The notes under the pieces were generated by a model. That model ran no database searches. It saw only the letters and a program-made list of their open reading frames with translations, and was not told where the DNA came from. 64,000 bases of DNA from Chlorokybus atmophyticus (Eukaryota > Plantae > Mesostigma and Chlorokybus algae), in NCBI GenBank assembly GCA_009103225.1, contig RHPI01000026.1, forward strand, positions 367,210 through 431,209. The letters are read 5' to 3'. Shown piece by piece: positions 52,101 through 64,000 of the stretch. Position 1 is the stretch's first letter. Every line of letters begins with the position of its first letter. The translations under genes were made by a program, and so were the position numbers.

Positions 52101-53505
52101 CGCTGTGCCAGCCAATCACCACAACAACAGTAACAACAACAAGAAGTCTCCACCGGCAACCTGCCTTGCCGATGCCTCGCGCAGTGACGGAGGCCTCTCA
52201 GCTCTTAAGCACCGCCACCCACCTCGCCGCCCACACCGCCGCCTTCACAGCCAAGCAACCCAACCTACTGCTTGACGAAGTTTGCTTGACGCTGTTTGTA
52301 CGCCCCAACCAAGCAGCGTCAGCCTTGACAAGACAACCAGCTGCCAAGCAGACGCCTTGGCAGCAAGCAGCCTCTCACACCTACAGCAGGTAACTACCTA
52401 CCAAACTACAAGCCTTCCTGCTTAAGCAATGGGCACTGTGTCAAGCGGAGATTGACCACTGCGAACGCATGCAAAGCTGCCTCTGCGCCGGAGATAATGC
52501 TGCTGGTGTGCATGCAAGCACTGTTTCAGTGCGTTAACACCGGCAAAAGCTTTTCACAGGTTTTCACACACAGACACTGACGCACACAGTCAGACTTGCA
52601 CTTACACACACTCAAACTTGCTCACGTAAGCGTGGGCTACGGCTTGAAATAAGCTGCCCGGCAGTGATCTCACCCGTCAGTCAGTGCTTGCACAGCTGAT
52701 CCTACGTGGCGGTCGTGCTCGAGTGAGCGTATCTTACGGATGTCACAAGCGGCATCGAGGTCGCTAATATCGATGATTTGCTTGGAGATGGAACAGAAAA
52801 CGCTTGTGTTGTACGCCACGTCACGTGATGCCGTTGTGCCTGCACCAACCAACATGGCATGAGGCCAACATGTCAATGAAAGCAAATTCATGACGTATCG
52901 GTAATTCCACACAACTTGAGGTGGACCATGCAAGCTACAACTAGCAAGGCAAACACTTAAAACACACGAAGGTGAAGACAAGATGCAAAGGACTCGTTTA
53001 CTTAATTAAACTCAATCCAACTCAACTTGAAGAGCCCGCAGCTTCACGAGCCATGTAGCACATTTGTAACACTGACGCCTTAAATACGAGGCCATCGTAG
53101 CAAAAGTCGCTACTATAGGCAGGAGAACATAACATTTATGCAGCCACATGTATATTGCAACATTGTACGTAGCCCAGTCCCCTTAGCTTTGTAAGCGGCT
53201 TGCTTGTAATAAACTTGCGTGCTTGTTCATGTGTGTGTGTGTGTGTGCGCGTGCGCGCGCTATGCTATACCCCATGCACAAACTTCGACACCTCTACCGT
53301 ATTTGCCCGGATAGAAGCCCCCCCTTTTTACAGAAGCCCCCCACCCCTCTTTATAAAGGGGGCTTGTATTCGGGGGGGGCTTGTATCAAACGGGGGGGGC
53401 TTGTACTTGGCCCTAGCAAGTTACGCAGATCACGCCTGCGTAACTTGATTACGATTTCCAGCGGCGCCTGGGCGGCGGCGTAGCTTGGACGGCGGCGGCG
53501 GTGTC

Positions 53506-55604
53506 ATGGCCGGGTTAAGGCAGGAGGCGAGGAGGGCGGCGGCTAGGTTAGCTGAGGAGGCGCAGGCAGCTGCAGCCGCAGCTACTGAGGCGGCGGCGGC
53601 GGCGGCGGCGGCACTCAGTCATTGCACAGTTATTGCATATAACCACTGCTCTCCTGCCATGCTACATGATGCGCATTGTCTCTGTCACATGCATGTACTC
53701 GATGGACATGCATGCACTCAGTCACATACATGCACGCAGTCACATGCATGTACTCGAGTCACATGCATGCACTCAGTCACATGCATGCACTCAGTCACAT
53801 AATTGCACTCAGTGCACGTGAATGCACTCGGTCACATGGATGCACGCAGTCACATGCACGCAGTGCACATGCATGCACTCGGTCACATGGATGCACTCGG
53901 TGCACATGCATGCACTCAGTCACATGTGTCAGTCACATCCGCACTTGCTGCTCTCTTCTCACTCCCCAACTATTTGCAGCAAAAGGTTTTACGCCTGCTG
54001 GATCAAGGCTGGTCCAAGAAAGAGGTTGCACGCAAGACAACCGTGTCAGCGAAAAGCTTGCGCAGATGGGTGGAAAACAGAGCTGCCATTGAAGGCAACT
54101 CACAGGTGCGCTTTAGGCTAAAGGGTGGGGGCAAGGCAGCCGAAGCTCCTATGATTGACGAGGGATGCATAGAGTATGTGATAGACCAACGCACAAGAGG
54201 GCTAGCAGTCAGTGCACCAATGGTTCAGGTATGAACATGTCTTGCATGCGTTGGTTGTATATGTGACTGTGCAACGTTGCAATAATGTGTTGTATGTTAT
54301 AAACAGGAGCATGCGCGCAAATTGATCAGAAGATGGAATGAGGACCATGATGAAGAAGAGCAAGTCACTATCAAAGCATCCTTGGGTTGGCTACGCCGCT
54401 TCATGAGGCGGCACGATTTGGTGACGCGAAGGCGCACCAAAGTTGCTCAACGCTTGCCCAAAGATGTGGTTGAGAAAGTGGATGCCTTTCGGCGGTATGT
54501 CACCACAATGCGTGCTGCCAACAAGTATGGCCTGCCTGCTATCTTGAATGTAGATGAAACTCCTATGCCTTACAACCTCATTGCCGGCACAACCATCAAT
54601 CAATGTGGTAGTAGAGATGTGCATGTGAAGGGTACTGGCCATGAGAAGAAGAACATGACAGTGGTGCTTGGATGTGCGGCCGATGGTTCCAAATTGTTGC
54701 CTGTCATCATATTCAAGCGCGCAACCGTGCCGCGAGACCTCAAGCCAGTAGGGGTCATTGTGTGGGCCAACCCAAAGGGATGGATGAATGAAGCCTTGTC
54801 GCAGTTGTACGTCCAACAGGTGTTGAAGAAACGCCCCAAACAGGTGGGTAGTTGTTGTCTACACACAAGTGTCAGTCATGCATGTGTGCTCATCATGCTT
54901 GTGACCGTGCGCGTGTATGTGTATGGCAGGTGTTTGGTCAGCGCGCGCTGTTGGTGTGGGATAGCTTCAGTGCTCACTTGTGTGACAGTGTCAAACAAGA
55001 TGCTCTGCATGCGCGCATTGATATGGCAGTCATTCCTGGTGGTCTCACATCGATTGTCCAACCCCTTGACGTCTCAATCAACAAGCCTTTCAAGGGTTTG
55101 ATGCGTGCTGAGGTGAGAGAAGTGAAGCCTGTTGCGCGTGTGTGCATTGTAAGATGATAAAGTGCTGACTTGGGCATTACACAGTTCACCATGTGGATGG
55201 CGGATGCCAGCCAGCACACCTTCACACCAGCTGGGCATCAACGCCCACCAAATGAAGCACAGTTGTGCGAGTGGGTTCGCAGAAGCTGGGAGAAGATTCC
55301 CGTTGAACTCATCAAGAAGTCATTTGTCAAATGTGGTTTGAGTCATGACATGGATGGCAGCCAGGATGACATCGTCGACGAGCATCTGCAGGTGGTCGGA
55401 GAGGAGGAGGATGAGCTTCTACCCTTTGAGGAGCTGCCCCTTGAAAAGCAGCAAGTGTTGGAGGATGCGGAGAATGAGCGCGCAGCGCGTATGGAGAAAG
55501 AGAAGGAAGTCTCCAAGTCTGCAGTAGATGATGAGGGCAGTAAGAAGGTGCAGGAGATCAGTAGTGACAGTGAGTGCCTTACTGACTCAGATAGCGAGGT
55601 CTAG
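53506..55604 (+). CDS. Intron-containing pogo transposase (HTH + CENP-B-type HTH + DDE_1 domain)
   Basis: Exons 53980-54228, 54307-54843, 54930-55112 and 55185-55604 join in phase 0 via GT-AG introns without stops. Motifs: ASLGWLRRFMRRH, ILNVDETP, TVVLGCAADGSKL, LLVWDSFSAH and VIPGGLTSIVQPLDVSINKPFK; 35 residues lie between the 2nd and 3rd catalytic Asp. The first exon (ATG 53506) and its donor are uncertain. Confidence 0.88.
53684..53938. repeat. Degenerate ~18-bp tandem repeat (consensus CATGCATGCACTCAGTCA) inside the transposon
   Basis: About 14 imperfect units lie between the putative first exon and exon 2 of the transposase. Confidence 0.85.
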
Positions 55605-55898
55605 AGGCTGTATGTTCAGAGTGTGTTGCTATATTGAACATTTCCATTTCAGCATTATCGTGCATGCATGCAGTGTTGAAGTTTATGCCTTGCTCATTGC
55701 ACACATACGCTTGCTCAATGCACATGATCTATACATGCAGTTTGGGTAAGAGCAGCTGGTCTGAAAAGGGGGGCTTGTAAACGGTCGGGGGGGCTAGTAA
55801 GTGTTTACACAGGCCCACCACCTTTTTTTGCCAGGGGGGCTTGTATTCGGGGGGGGCTTCTATCCGGGCAAATACGGTACGGTCCGCAATACAGTGTA

Positions 55899-56353
55899 CA
55901 GTCTATCCCCTTTGAGAGCATACTGTTGATCCTGCACTATCGTATACTCTTGGCGGGGTAATGCTCTTTATCTAATAGCATATTATGCTCTTGTGTCAAG
56001 AGCATAAACACGCTATAAGTGCGGTTTCATCACGCCCATTGTGTCACGCGTATTACGTCACGCCAACTGAGCCATTCCCCTTGTCACGCTCGCTGTGCGT
56101 CACACCTTACCCATCATGCCATGTTTATCATACACGTCACGCCTTATGCCACACTCGTTACGCGCTACTCCCCCAACCTTGAAACATTGCTCATTCAAAC
56201 TTGCAAAAACTATATGAAATAAACATATGCTCTTTGTGGTTAAGCATATTCGCTTATGCACCAATAATTGCTGTGTTCCGTTTGGTCATCTCAATGTTTA
56301 TGCTGTTAGCGGGGTTATTTGCTGAGAGCGAGCGTATCGTAGGGGGTAGACTG
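55899..56353. mobile_element. MITE, copy 1 (Tc1/mariner-type, TA target site), 455 bp
   Basis: Termini CAGTCTATCCCC ... GGGGGTAGACTG with TA on both sides. No ORF. Internal 11-bp hairpin TTATGCTCTTG-tgt-CAAGAGCATAA (55983-56007). A second copy lies at 57255-58558. Confidence 0.85.
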
Positions 56354-57254
56354 TACCAACATGCCATCATGACGATCGCAATTCATCACGCTAGTGTTTC
56401 CAGCGTACGCGATTGGATTGGACAACAATGTGTTAGAGCATTTTAACACGTGTACATCGGTACACTAGTTGTCAAGTGTTGCACTTGAAGTGCACTTCGA
56501 CGTGGGGAGGGGTTAGCGCTGCCAACTTGGCGGTCACGTGCCGGTGCGGGGTCGCACGGACGGTCTTGCAAGACATGTGTGGTCGGTCACGCCGCTATGC
56601 GGCGACATCATCAACTGCTAATTGTTATGCTCGCGTAACACGAGCCGTGGTGCACAATAATAAGTTCCCTTTGAAGNATGCTAAGTACGCGGATGTGAAT
56701 TCGCATATGTAACTGAAACACCTTCAGTTACTCACACATTTATTACAACCACAGCAACATGAATATGTGTCATATTTACCACAGAGAATGCGCAACATGA
56801 AAGGTTACATTATCCTTTCATATGTACACCCCACCATTGTAGCTAAGAACCCCACCTGGCTAGGCCAGATCGGCACACTCGCTGCCCCGAAGGCAGTCAA
56901 GAAGTGGATATTATACTGAGCTGCGACTGCCGCTTATATCACGGCAACAGTTCTTTGCGCTGCTATGAATGCCCTGCTCAATCGCATGTTTAATCACAAT
57001 AAAGCAATTAACTAGCAGGTTGCTGTCGCAACATCAATACAATGTAATAAGCTAGTTAATCACAGGCTCCTTCGGTCATAAATGCCGGGCTTAACCGGTA
57101 GAACGGAAGTTTACTAACTGCTCAGGCTGAGCAATCCCAACAGTACGGCGGCTACATTTTCGTATGCGTACGCCGTTGCATACCACAACAGCAAGGCACA
57201 GCGAGGCGCGCACAAGGTCACATTCATGCATGTCACGTCACACAGTCACATAAT

Positions 57255-58558
57255 CAGTCTACCCTTTTTAAGAGCATACTGTTTATCCTTCGCTATCCTA
57301 TGCTCTTAGCGGGGTAATTCTCTCAGTGTCGAAGAGCAAATTATGCTCTTGGGTGTGAAAAGCATAAATATGCTATAAGCGCGGTTTCATCACGCTCATC
57401 ATGCCCATTGTTAGATTGAGGGGAGTCGAGGGTCACACTGTCTCGAACCGCTACAGGAAGAGACATGCTTGCTAGCCCTGTCGCTGCAACATGTTATAAC
57501 ACGTAGCAACAATAAAAGATAACCCAGCTCGTATGGCGTGGAGTGCTTGGTGGAGCTGCTCCGCTGCCGCTAAGTCACACGGACATGTGGAGGCGGTGTC
57601 CTCCTTAATGTACATGCTGTGTTGTAGGACACATAGTCAACAAGCCACTACTATAGGTAGTGCTGTTTACACAGTTCCTTGCATGAGCGGAAAATGTGTT
57701 ACACTGTTAAGTGAGGTGAATGAGCAAGCAGCACCTGAATACTATGCCCTGACTGATGCCAACAAACACACTGCAACCAGGCACACCAAGCTCACAGCGA
57801 TGACAAGCATGATGCACACACGAGCATGCACAGGCTTTCACACAGTGAGGGGGTTCTTGGTAACCGGGATGGCGTGTTCGCAGTTCAAGTCCTTTCACAA
57901 GCTCTTAGCTTTCTCACTCACAGTGTCACCAGCTGATCCAGTGAACACTGTGACTACTTATATAAGTCAAATCATGACTGTTCAGAACATGAGCAAACGG
58001 TCATATCGAGGCTATTTCCATAGCGATTGTCACTCGATATAGAACACAACTTATAGCTGAACTCACAACTGAACAGCTACGCGCGGTGCCTATGTAGGCT
58101 ATGGTTGTGAGCTACTCTGAAGTCATGGCCTAGCTACTGGTCCATGACGCGCGCGCGCTGGTCTGCTGGTAGGCCGGGCAATGGTTTTGATTTAGCCATG
58201 CTCGATGAAGGCTGGTATGCGTGGGCAGTAGGCATGACACCATTGCATCACACGTGTTACGTCACGCCAATTGTGCCATCACGTTTGTTATGCTAACTGC
58301 ACATCACACCTTACTCATCACGCTAAGTTCATCACGTGCGTCACGCTTTATGCCACACCCATCACGCGCTACTCCCACGACCTTTGAATGTCCCTCACTA
58401 AAACTTGCAAGAATTATACAGAAACAACATGCTCTTTGCGGTTAAGCATAATCTCTCAGGCACCAACATTTGCCTGTATTCCGCTTAGTAATCGCATTTT
58501 CTATGCTATTAGCGGGGTTATTCTCTTGGACCGAAGTCTCTTTGTGGGGGTAGACTAG
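57255..58558. mobile_element. MITE, copy 2 (diverged), interrupted by a solo LTR
   Basis: Starts CAGTCTACCC and ends GGGGGTAGACTAG. Segments 57255-57408 and 58240-58558 are colinear with copy 1 (AGAGCATACTGTT, GCGGTTTCATCACGC, TTACGTCACGCCAA, GGTTAAGCATA, TTAGCGGGGTTATT). Confidence 0.8.
57409..58239. mobile_element. Solo LTR, 831 bp, nested in MITE copy 2
   Basis: Begins TGTTAG and ends ATGACA (TG...CA). CCAT is duplicated at 57405-57408 and 58240-58243. Removing the insert restores the MITE copy 1 sequence. TATA-like TTATATAA at ~57958. Confidence 0.75.
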
Positions 58559-60755
58559 CAGGACCGCAGGCCGCGATACCGTACTGGTTCTTGTGCAAGG
58601 ACTTGCGTTATGTTTGTACCATACAGTCTAACCTCGATAAGTGCATACCATCGAGAACACCCCTTTCTATGCACTTATCGTGGATATGCACTTACACTGG
58701 CTTATACTACCAACGACGTACATTGGTGTCAAGTAAAACCATGTACTTATCGAATATGCAAGTATCGAGGTTGAACTGTATCTGGTGCGGCACAGACCAT
58801 GTCTGGGGCAAAATAGCGCGCCAAAAAACGAGGCCGCAAAAAGAACCATAGACGGTCTGGGGTCGCGGACCACGTACTCGTGGTCCGCGGGGCACGGACC
58901 ATGTATGGCCCGCGGGGTCCGTGGAAGGACCATGGTCTTGAACGTCAAGCCGTGTGGGGGTGGTAATCACTCAACAAGCTCCTGAACAAAGATGCTTGGG
59001 GAATGCACACAGCAGTCACGCGCTGTAGGCGTGCGGGGATGGGTAGCTAAGTAAGACGAGATCACACACTACAAGCACCAAGTGTGCAAGTGCGAGCAAG
59101 CATGGTCACAAATAACCAGGGAGTGGGGTGCCAGCAAGCACTGCAGCAGTGTAAGAATGATGCTATGTACATCATAATGTAGCAAATGCGATGGCCACAA
59201 GAGTGTGCATGTACAAGTGTACGGGCCAAAGCAAGTCCGGGGATAAACAATTGTCTGTTGGAGTAGCTGCTACGTTTAACAGCACATACACAACTACTTC
59301 TAAACTACTTGTACTGCGGGGGTTCCACTTCATTGAGCCTATGGCGCTGATCGTCCCCAAGGTGGGCCAACTGGTCAGTCTCGGGCAATGCCACTGCCAC
59401 TTGTGCTCCAGTCCATCTACTTGCAACTTACTGCCGACAATTCTGGCGGGAGTTGCCTAAGTGGGCTGTAGACGCGGCCCGCCGCCATAGGGACTGCGTC
59501 CCCATTAGTAGAGGCCAGTGCTGGCAGTCGGCTGTCGCGCGGCTTGCCAACATAAGGACTGCGTTCTGATTGGCGGGGCTTGGGACCAATAGGTTGAATA
59601 GATTGGTCGATCTGAATATGAGTAGGGCAACATTGGTGTGTCATAGGTGCCAGGGGGAGGTGCGTGTTGAGGGTCGGCATCGTGACATAATAACTACGGA
59701 TGCCATTGATACTTGGCATGAACATGGTGTTCATGCCAAGTGTCAATGGTTCTTAACATTCAAGTACATATAGGGCATCTAAGGAGACAATAGTATTCAA
59801 CGGTTGTCGCGAAGGGCCGTATAAAGGTGTTGAGGGAGCGATGGACCAACGCTGCGGTGCCCCCTCCCATGGCAGGTATCCACAGCTGCCACCCCTCTTG
59901 CTGCATTTAAATCATAGTTCTTGTCTATTACTCCGTTGCCATTGCCCATGGATAGTGAGTTAGCTAGTGTGCGGGTAGGGAGGGTAGGAGGAGGGTTATT
60001 TTCGTGGTTGTGATTGGCACTGTGCACTGTTATCCTTGCGTTCGCTACTTACACGCGCATAATCTCATACAAGCAAGGCATAACATTGTCATATGCAATA
60101 ATAATATTACACGTGTATACAAGTATAAGTTGTTGGCCTAAAGTAATATGTATATTTTTATTGATCTTGATCAAAAACTATAAATGTTCATACATTGTGA
60201 GTACAAAAACTCTTAATATGGACCCTTGTTCTACAGAATCTTGCGGTGCACACAATTGTATTAAAATTGGCAATATGATTTTATATCAACATTTTACAAG
60301 ATGTATTGTTTTCGATCAAACGAGCTTTTGCAGTACCGACGTCACATATCACTTAAATTTGACAATTCTGCCTCGAGTTCATTGTAAGCCATTTCACCTT
60401 CGCTGATGCTACAGGGATATGGGGATGATAGTTGATGCAGAACATAGATACACCCGGAAACTGTCCACAAATGCAACAGTGTGCAACTCTTACCTTGACA
60501 TGGATGACAACAGGCCCCTACACTGCATAGGCCCCAAACCGGGAACCAGTTCGCGCATGCATGGGGCATTGCGGTTCTCATTCAGGCACCGCCGCCGCGA
60601 AGCATTGGGCTGGGCCGGGCAATGCCAGCTGGCTGGCATCACCTTGCCTGACCTTGGCCTGGTCTTCCTTTGCCAGCGCCTATCTTGACCTTGTGCAATA
60701 GCCTTGTCTTAGCACCTGCACCAAGCTGAAGTTCTCGCTCTCCCACCTTTCCTAG

Positions 60756-60826
60756 CTGGCCTGGCCTGGCCTGGCCTGGTCTGGACCGGTCTGGCCTGGT
60801 CCGGCCTGGCTCGGCCTGGCCTGGCC
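60756..60826. repeat. (CTGGC)n pentamer minisatellite just upstream of the PurN ATG
   Basis: About 14 imperfect CTGGC/CTGGT/CCGGC units, ending ~10 bp before ATG 60836. Confidence 0.8.
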
Positions 60827-60835
60827 GCCGGCGCA

Positions 60836-63162
60836 ATGGAGGCGTGCGCAGTGCACCTGGCGGCGACGACGACAGTGAGGCTGCAGCTCAGCTGCAGCGC
60901 CGCAAAGACGATGTTGCACAGGCGAAGCTCGCCCAGGCTGTGCGGCAGAGCATTGCCACTGGGCTTGTCAAGCTTCAGCTCTAGTTTCAACAGCAATAGA
61001 AGTGTTAGTCTCAGTAGCAGTGCTTCTGGCGGCCTGGCGGGATTGGCGGGGTTGTTAGAGCGGAAGCAATTGCGAGCAAGCAATGAGCAGAAGCGTTCAC
61101 AACTGGTGAGTATTATCGTGCATTGTCGTTACAAGTGCATAACTTCCTCTGTATGCACGTAGCTCGGGTCAGGTAACCCAACTTGAATAACAGGTTTCGG
61201 TCAGCATTTGTCCTCTGTTCTCTTTGGTTTTTTTCATGTAGTGTTGGTTGGTCTTGCGGTGATATTTTAGATGCAGCTTGGTTACTGTGCAAATTAATTG
61301 CATAGTCACTTAAGAGATTCAAAAGCACTAAGTGCAGCAGCAGCAGCTTAGAAAGCTCAGAGCAAAGGATATGTTGTTGGATGGAAAAGCGACAGAAAGC
61401 ATGATACTGTGAAGCTGGTTGGACGTTGATGTACAAGTCATCAGTGCCATAATCAAACATTCTACCGGAAGCTACCTTATCATGCAGCATGCATGCATGC
61501 ACATGCTTGTGGCGTCCATCCCAAACAGACACCACAACATCACACAATCTGGAGGGGACACATACGCATACATGCATGTTGTGTCTCAAGCAAGCATACT
61601 CACACCTACACCACCGACAGATTCAATCCTCCGCCTCCTCAACATCATCATCCTCAAACTCGGCGCCCGCGAAGAGGCGGAGGAAGCGGCTCGCGGTGTT
61701 CGTGTCGGGCGGCGGCAGCAACATGAAGGCGATACAACGCGCCATTGACGCCGGCAAGATCAAAGCGGACATCGCCGCTGTCGTTACCGACAAACCTGGT
61801 GAGGATAGATTACCATATCAGTCGCAGTATGAGCAGCTATCTATGGTATGGATCCAACATGCTGACTGCTTGCAAAGTGTTAGCATTAGTGGTTCTCAGT
61901 GCGTAAGTGCTCTGCCACTGCAACCGAAAGTATCACCCTGTTACAATGAACCATCTGTTGTTGGAACCACCAGATGTTGTAATGTAGTGCATTTGTTGGC
62001 TTGCGTGCTTGTTTGTTGCTGGTTGCCACCTCGCACATCTAGTGCATGTAATGCTCTTGTGATCTTCGTATTTGCGTACTTCTGTCAAGTTAAGTGTGTC
62101 CTTCTTTCCAGGTTGCGGCGGTTACGAGTTTGCAAAGGAGCACGGCATTGAGACTCTCATCTTCCCGCGGCCAAAAACAGGGGACTTCATCGACGCGGGG
62201 TTGACGCCAATCGAGCTGGTCGACACACTGCAGTAGGTTATGTACTTGTCATAGATGCTGTGCGTGTCTCTGCTGCCTTGTGGTCAATGTTGTGTGACTG
62301 TCGTTTCTGTGACAGACAAAGAGGAGTTGACTTTGTCGTGCTCGCCGGATATTTGCGGTTGCTGCCTTCAAACCTGTGCGCTGCATATAAGTAAGGCAGG
62401 CAACTCTCTCTAATAGTCAACTACTTAGCATATGTAACTTTCAGTCGTCTTTAGTGCCATTCTTTATCATATGGAAATACTGCAAAAACAGGTAGTTCTG
62501 GTCATTGTCACTGATAACTTGCCCTTTTCGCTCCCTTTGTCTTTTCCACAACTACAGGAGAAGGATACTCAACATCCATCCCGCTTTGCTCCCTGCCTTT
62601 GGCGGGAAAGGCTTCTACGGGATGAACGTGCACAGGGCCGTCATAAAGTCCGGTGCCCGGTAAATGAATCTGTTGTCGTCGCGTGTTGTACACCCAGCCT
62701 ATCATGCAATGCGATGTATACAACGCCTCATGAAAACATCAGGTATTCGGGGCCGACGGTGCACTTTGTTGATGAGGAATATGATGCGGGCCCAATCGTG
62801 GCTCAGAGGGTCGTGCCCATCCTGCCTAATGACACGCCCGAGGACTTGGCTCACAGAGTACTTGAGCAGGTGCCCAAATCCACCATTGCCATACCATGTC
62901 ATGGCCTTAATGCGTGTGCTCGTGCATCTGCGCGTGTGTGTGCGTGCGCGCGCGCATGTGCACGGGTGTGCGTGTGGTTGTATGCGCGCGCTTGCTCACT
63001 CTGCGGTGTTGTTCATGGGCTCATGTGTGTATGTGTCCACCACAGGAGCATCAGGTCTATGCGGAGGTTGTGGCGGCGCTGGTGGAAGATAGGATCATGT
63101 GGCGGGAAGACGGCGTGCCACTGATCAAACCGGCGCGAGAGACCAGTGCTTTGTCATTGTGA
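60836..63162 (+). CDS. purN: Plastid phosphoribosylglycinamide (GAR) formyltransferase PurN, multi-exon
   Basis: Ser/Arg-rich transit peptide. [68 protein letters not shown] and VLEQEHQVY. Confidence 0.95.
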
Positions 63163-64000
63163 TCACAGGTGGTGATGGCTGTGTGGACGCAGCTAGCATT
63201 TTTAAACGTGTGCAAGCATTTGCGCAAAAATGTATGCACGCACACTCCACGCTTGTCCCCACAGCACAGCTTGGGTCTACCCATATGCGTGCACACACGT
63301 TGCACACCGATTGATCAAGGTTGGTACTACTCGGCTCTCTGATCGGGCCATGCTGTGCATAAACGACAGGATTGTAGGCTGAGGCCCTCACGTGAGTTTA
63401 CGACATAATATGGCTTGAGCAATCGGTTGAGTATCACTCGCCTGGGTGCGCTATCCCCCGTGCACTTTTTTCTCGGGTTGCCTACATTGCAGCGGTACTG
63501 TTTTGGCTTAAGTGGCAAGGCTGTGGGTGTCAGTAATTCTACTTTTGCCTGAGTGCTTGCTTACCTTCCCTTTTTGCGGTACTTGAGTATGACACATGCA
63601 TGTTCATGACTTTACAATATAACCACCTTGTAAAGCCCAACAATACCGGCAATTGCAATGCAGGATGACAGATCACATTGCATGCACCATACCATGCTGG
63701 TTGTGCAGTGTCAGATGATGTTTTAAGTACACACATGTAAAGCGCATACTTATCGTTGGTCAAAACTACCGTGCAACAACCCTTGTTTGATTGCACATGC
63801 CCAATCTATTATGCCATCATAAGTCAAAGCGCAAGTGCAAGTGACAAAACTTGCTTGACACTTGTATATCGTGTACATGTCAACATATACTAAACGTGAC
63901 GACTATGGTATAGGCTATGACACTGTTTCAACTTTGTTGACAGTGGCAGGTCTGCTAGTCAAAGCTTCTGCATGTCGTATGCCTTGGAGCATACTTCTAC

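Larger units (their letters stand above)
53297..55877 (+). mobile_element. Full-length pogo-superfamily DNA transposon (DD35D, Passer/POGK-like), 2581 bp
   Basis: Perfect 28-bp TIRs CCGTATTTGCCCGGATAGAAGCCCCCCC (53297-53324 and 55850-55877). TA flanks both sides (53295-53296 and 55878-55879). An internal spliced transposase is present. Confidence 0.95.

Noticed and set aside
53684-53938. CRISPR-like appearance of the repeat array
   Set aside because: The units are contiguous with no unique spacers, there are no cas genes, and the context is eukaryotic.
59990-60420. AT-rich patch with a 130-aa ORF (60014-60406)
   Set aside because: No recognisable motif or splice structure; the composition fits intergenic or decayed repeat DNA.

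Overview
Intron-rich eukaryotic nuclear DNA from a green alga. The gene set (sucrose synthase, Lhcb7, tail-anchored MDAR, FKBP19, ABC1K9) suggests an early-diverging streptophyte alga; this is an inference. Ten spliced host genes can be reconstructed: a plastid-type coiled-coil protein (MFP1-like?), YME2/RNA12, RFC4, FKBP19, LHCB7, MDAR4-like, ABC1K9, a membrane-anchored spermidine-synthase-fold methyltransferase, sucrose synthase and PurN. There is also a NIDO-domain pseudogene. Between SUS and PurN lies a transposon cluster: a TA-flanked, 28-bp-TIR, intron-containing DD35D pogo (Passer/POGK-like) element, two copies of a ~450-bp MITE, and an 831-bp solo LTR nested in the second MITE. Long (GT)n and (GA)n microsatellites and a 378-N assembly gap are present. 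No rRNA, tRNA or CRISPR was recognised. The strongest leads are (i) a YME2 homologue whose Walker A lysine and Walker B aspartate are both replaced, (ii) a sucrose synthase whose nucleotide-specificity loop looks half plant-like and half bacterial-like, and (iii) the spliced, apparently intact DD35D transposon. I found no clear-cut new multi-gene system. All family assignments come from remembered motifs, not database searches.
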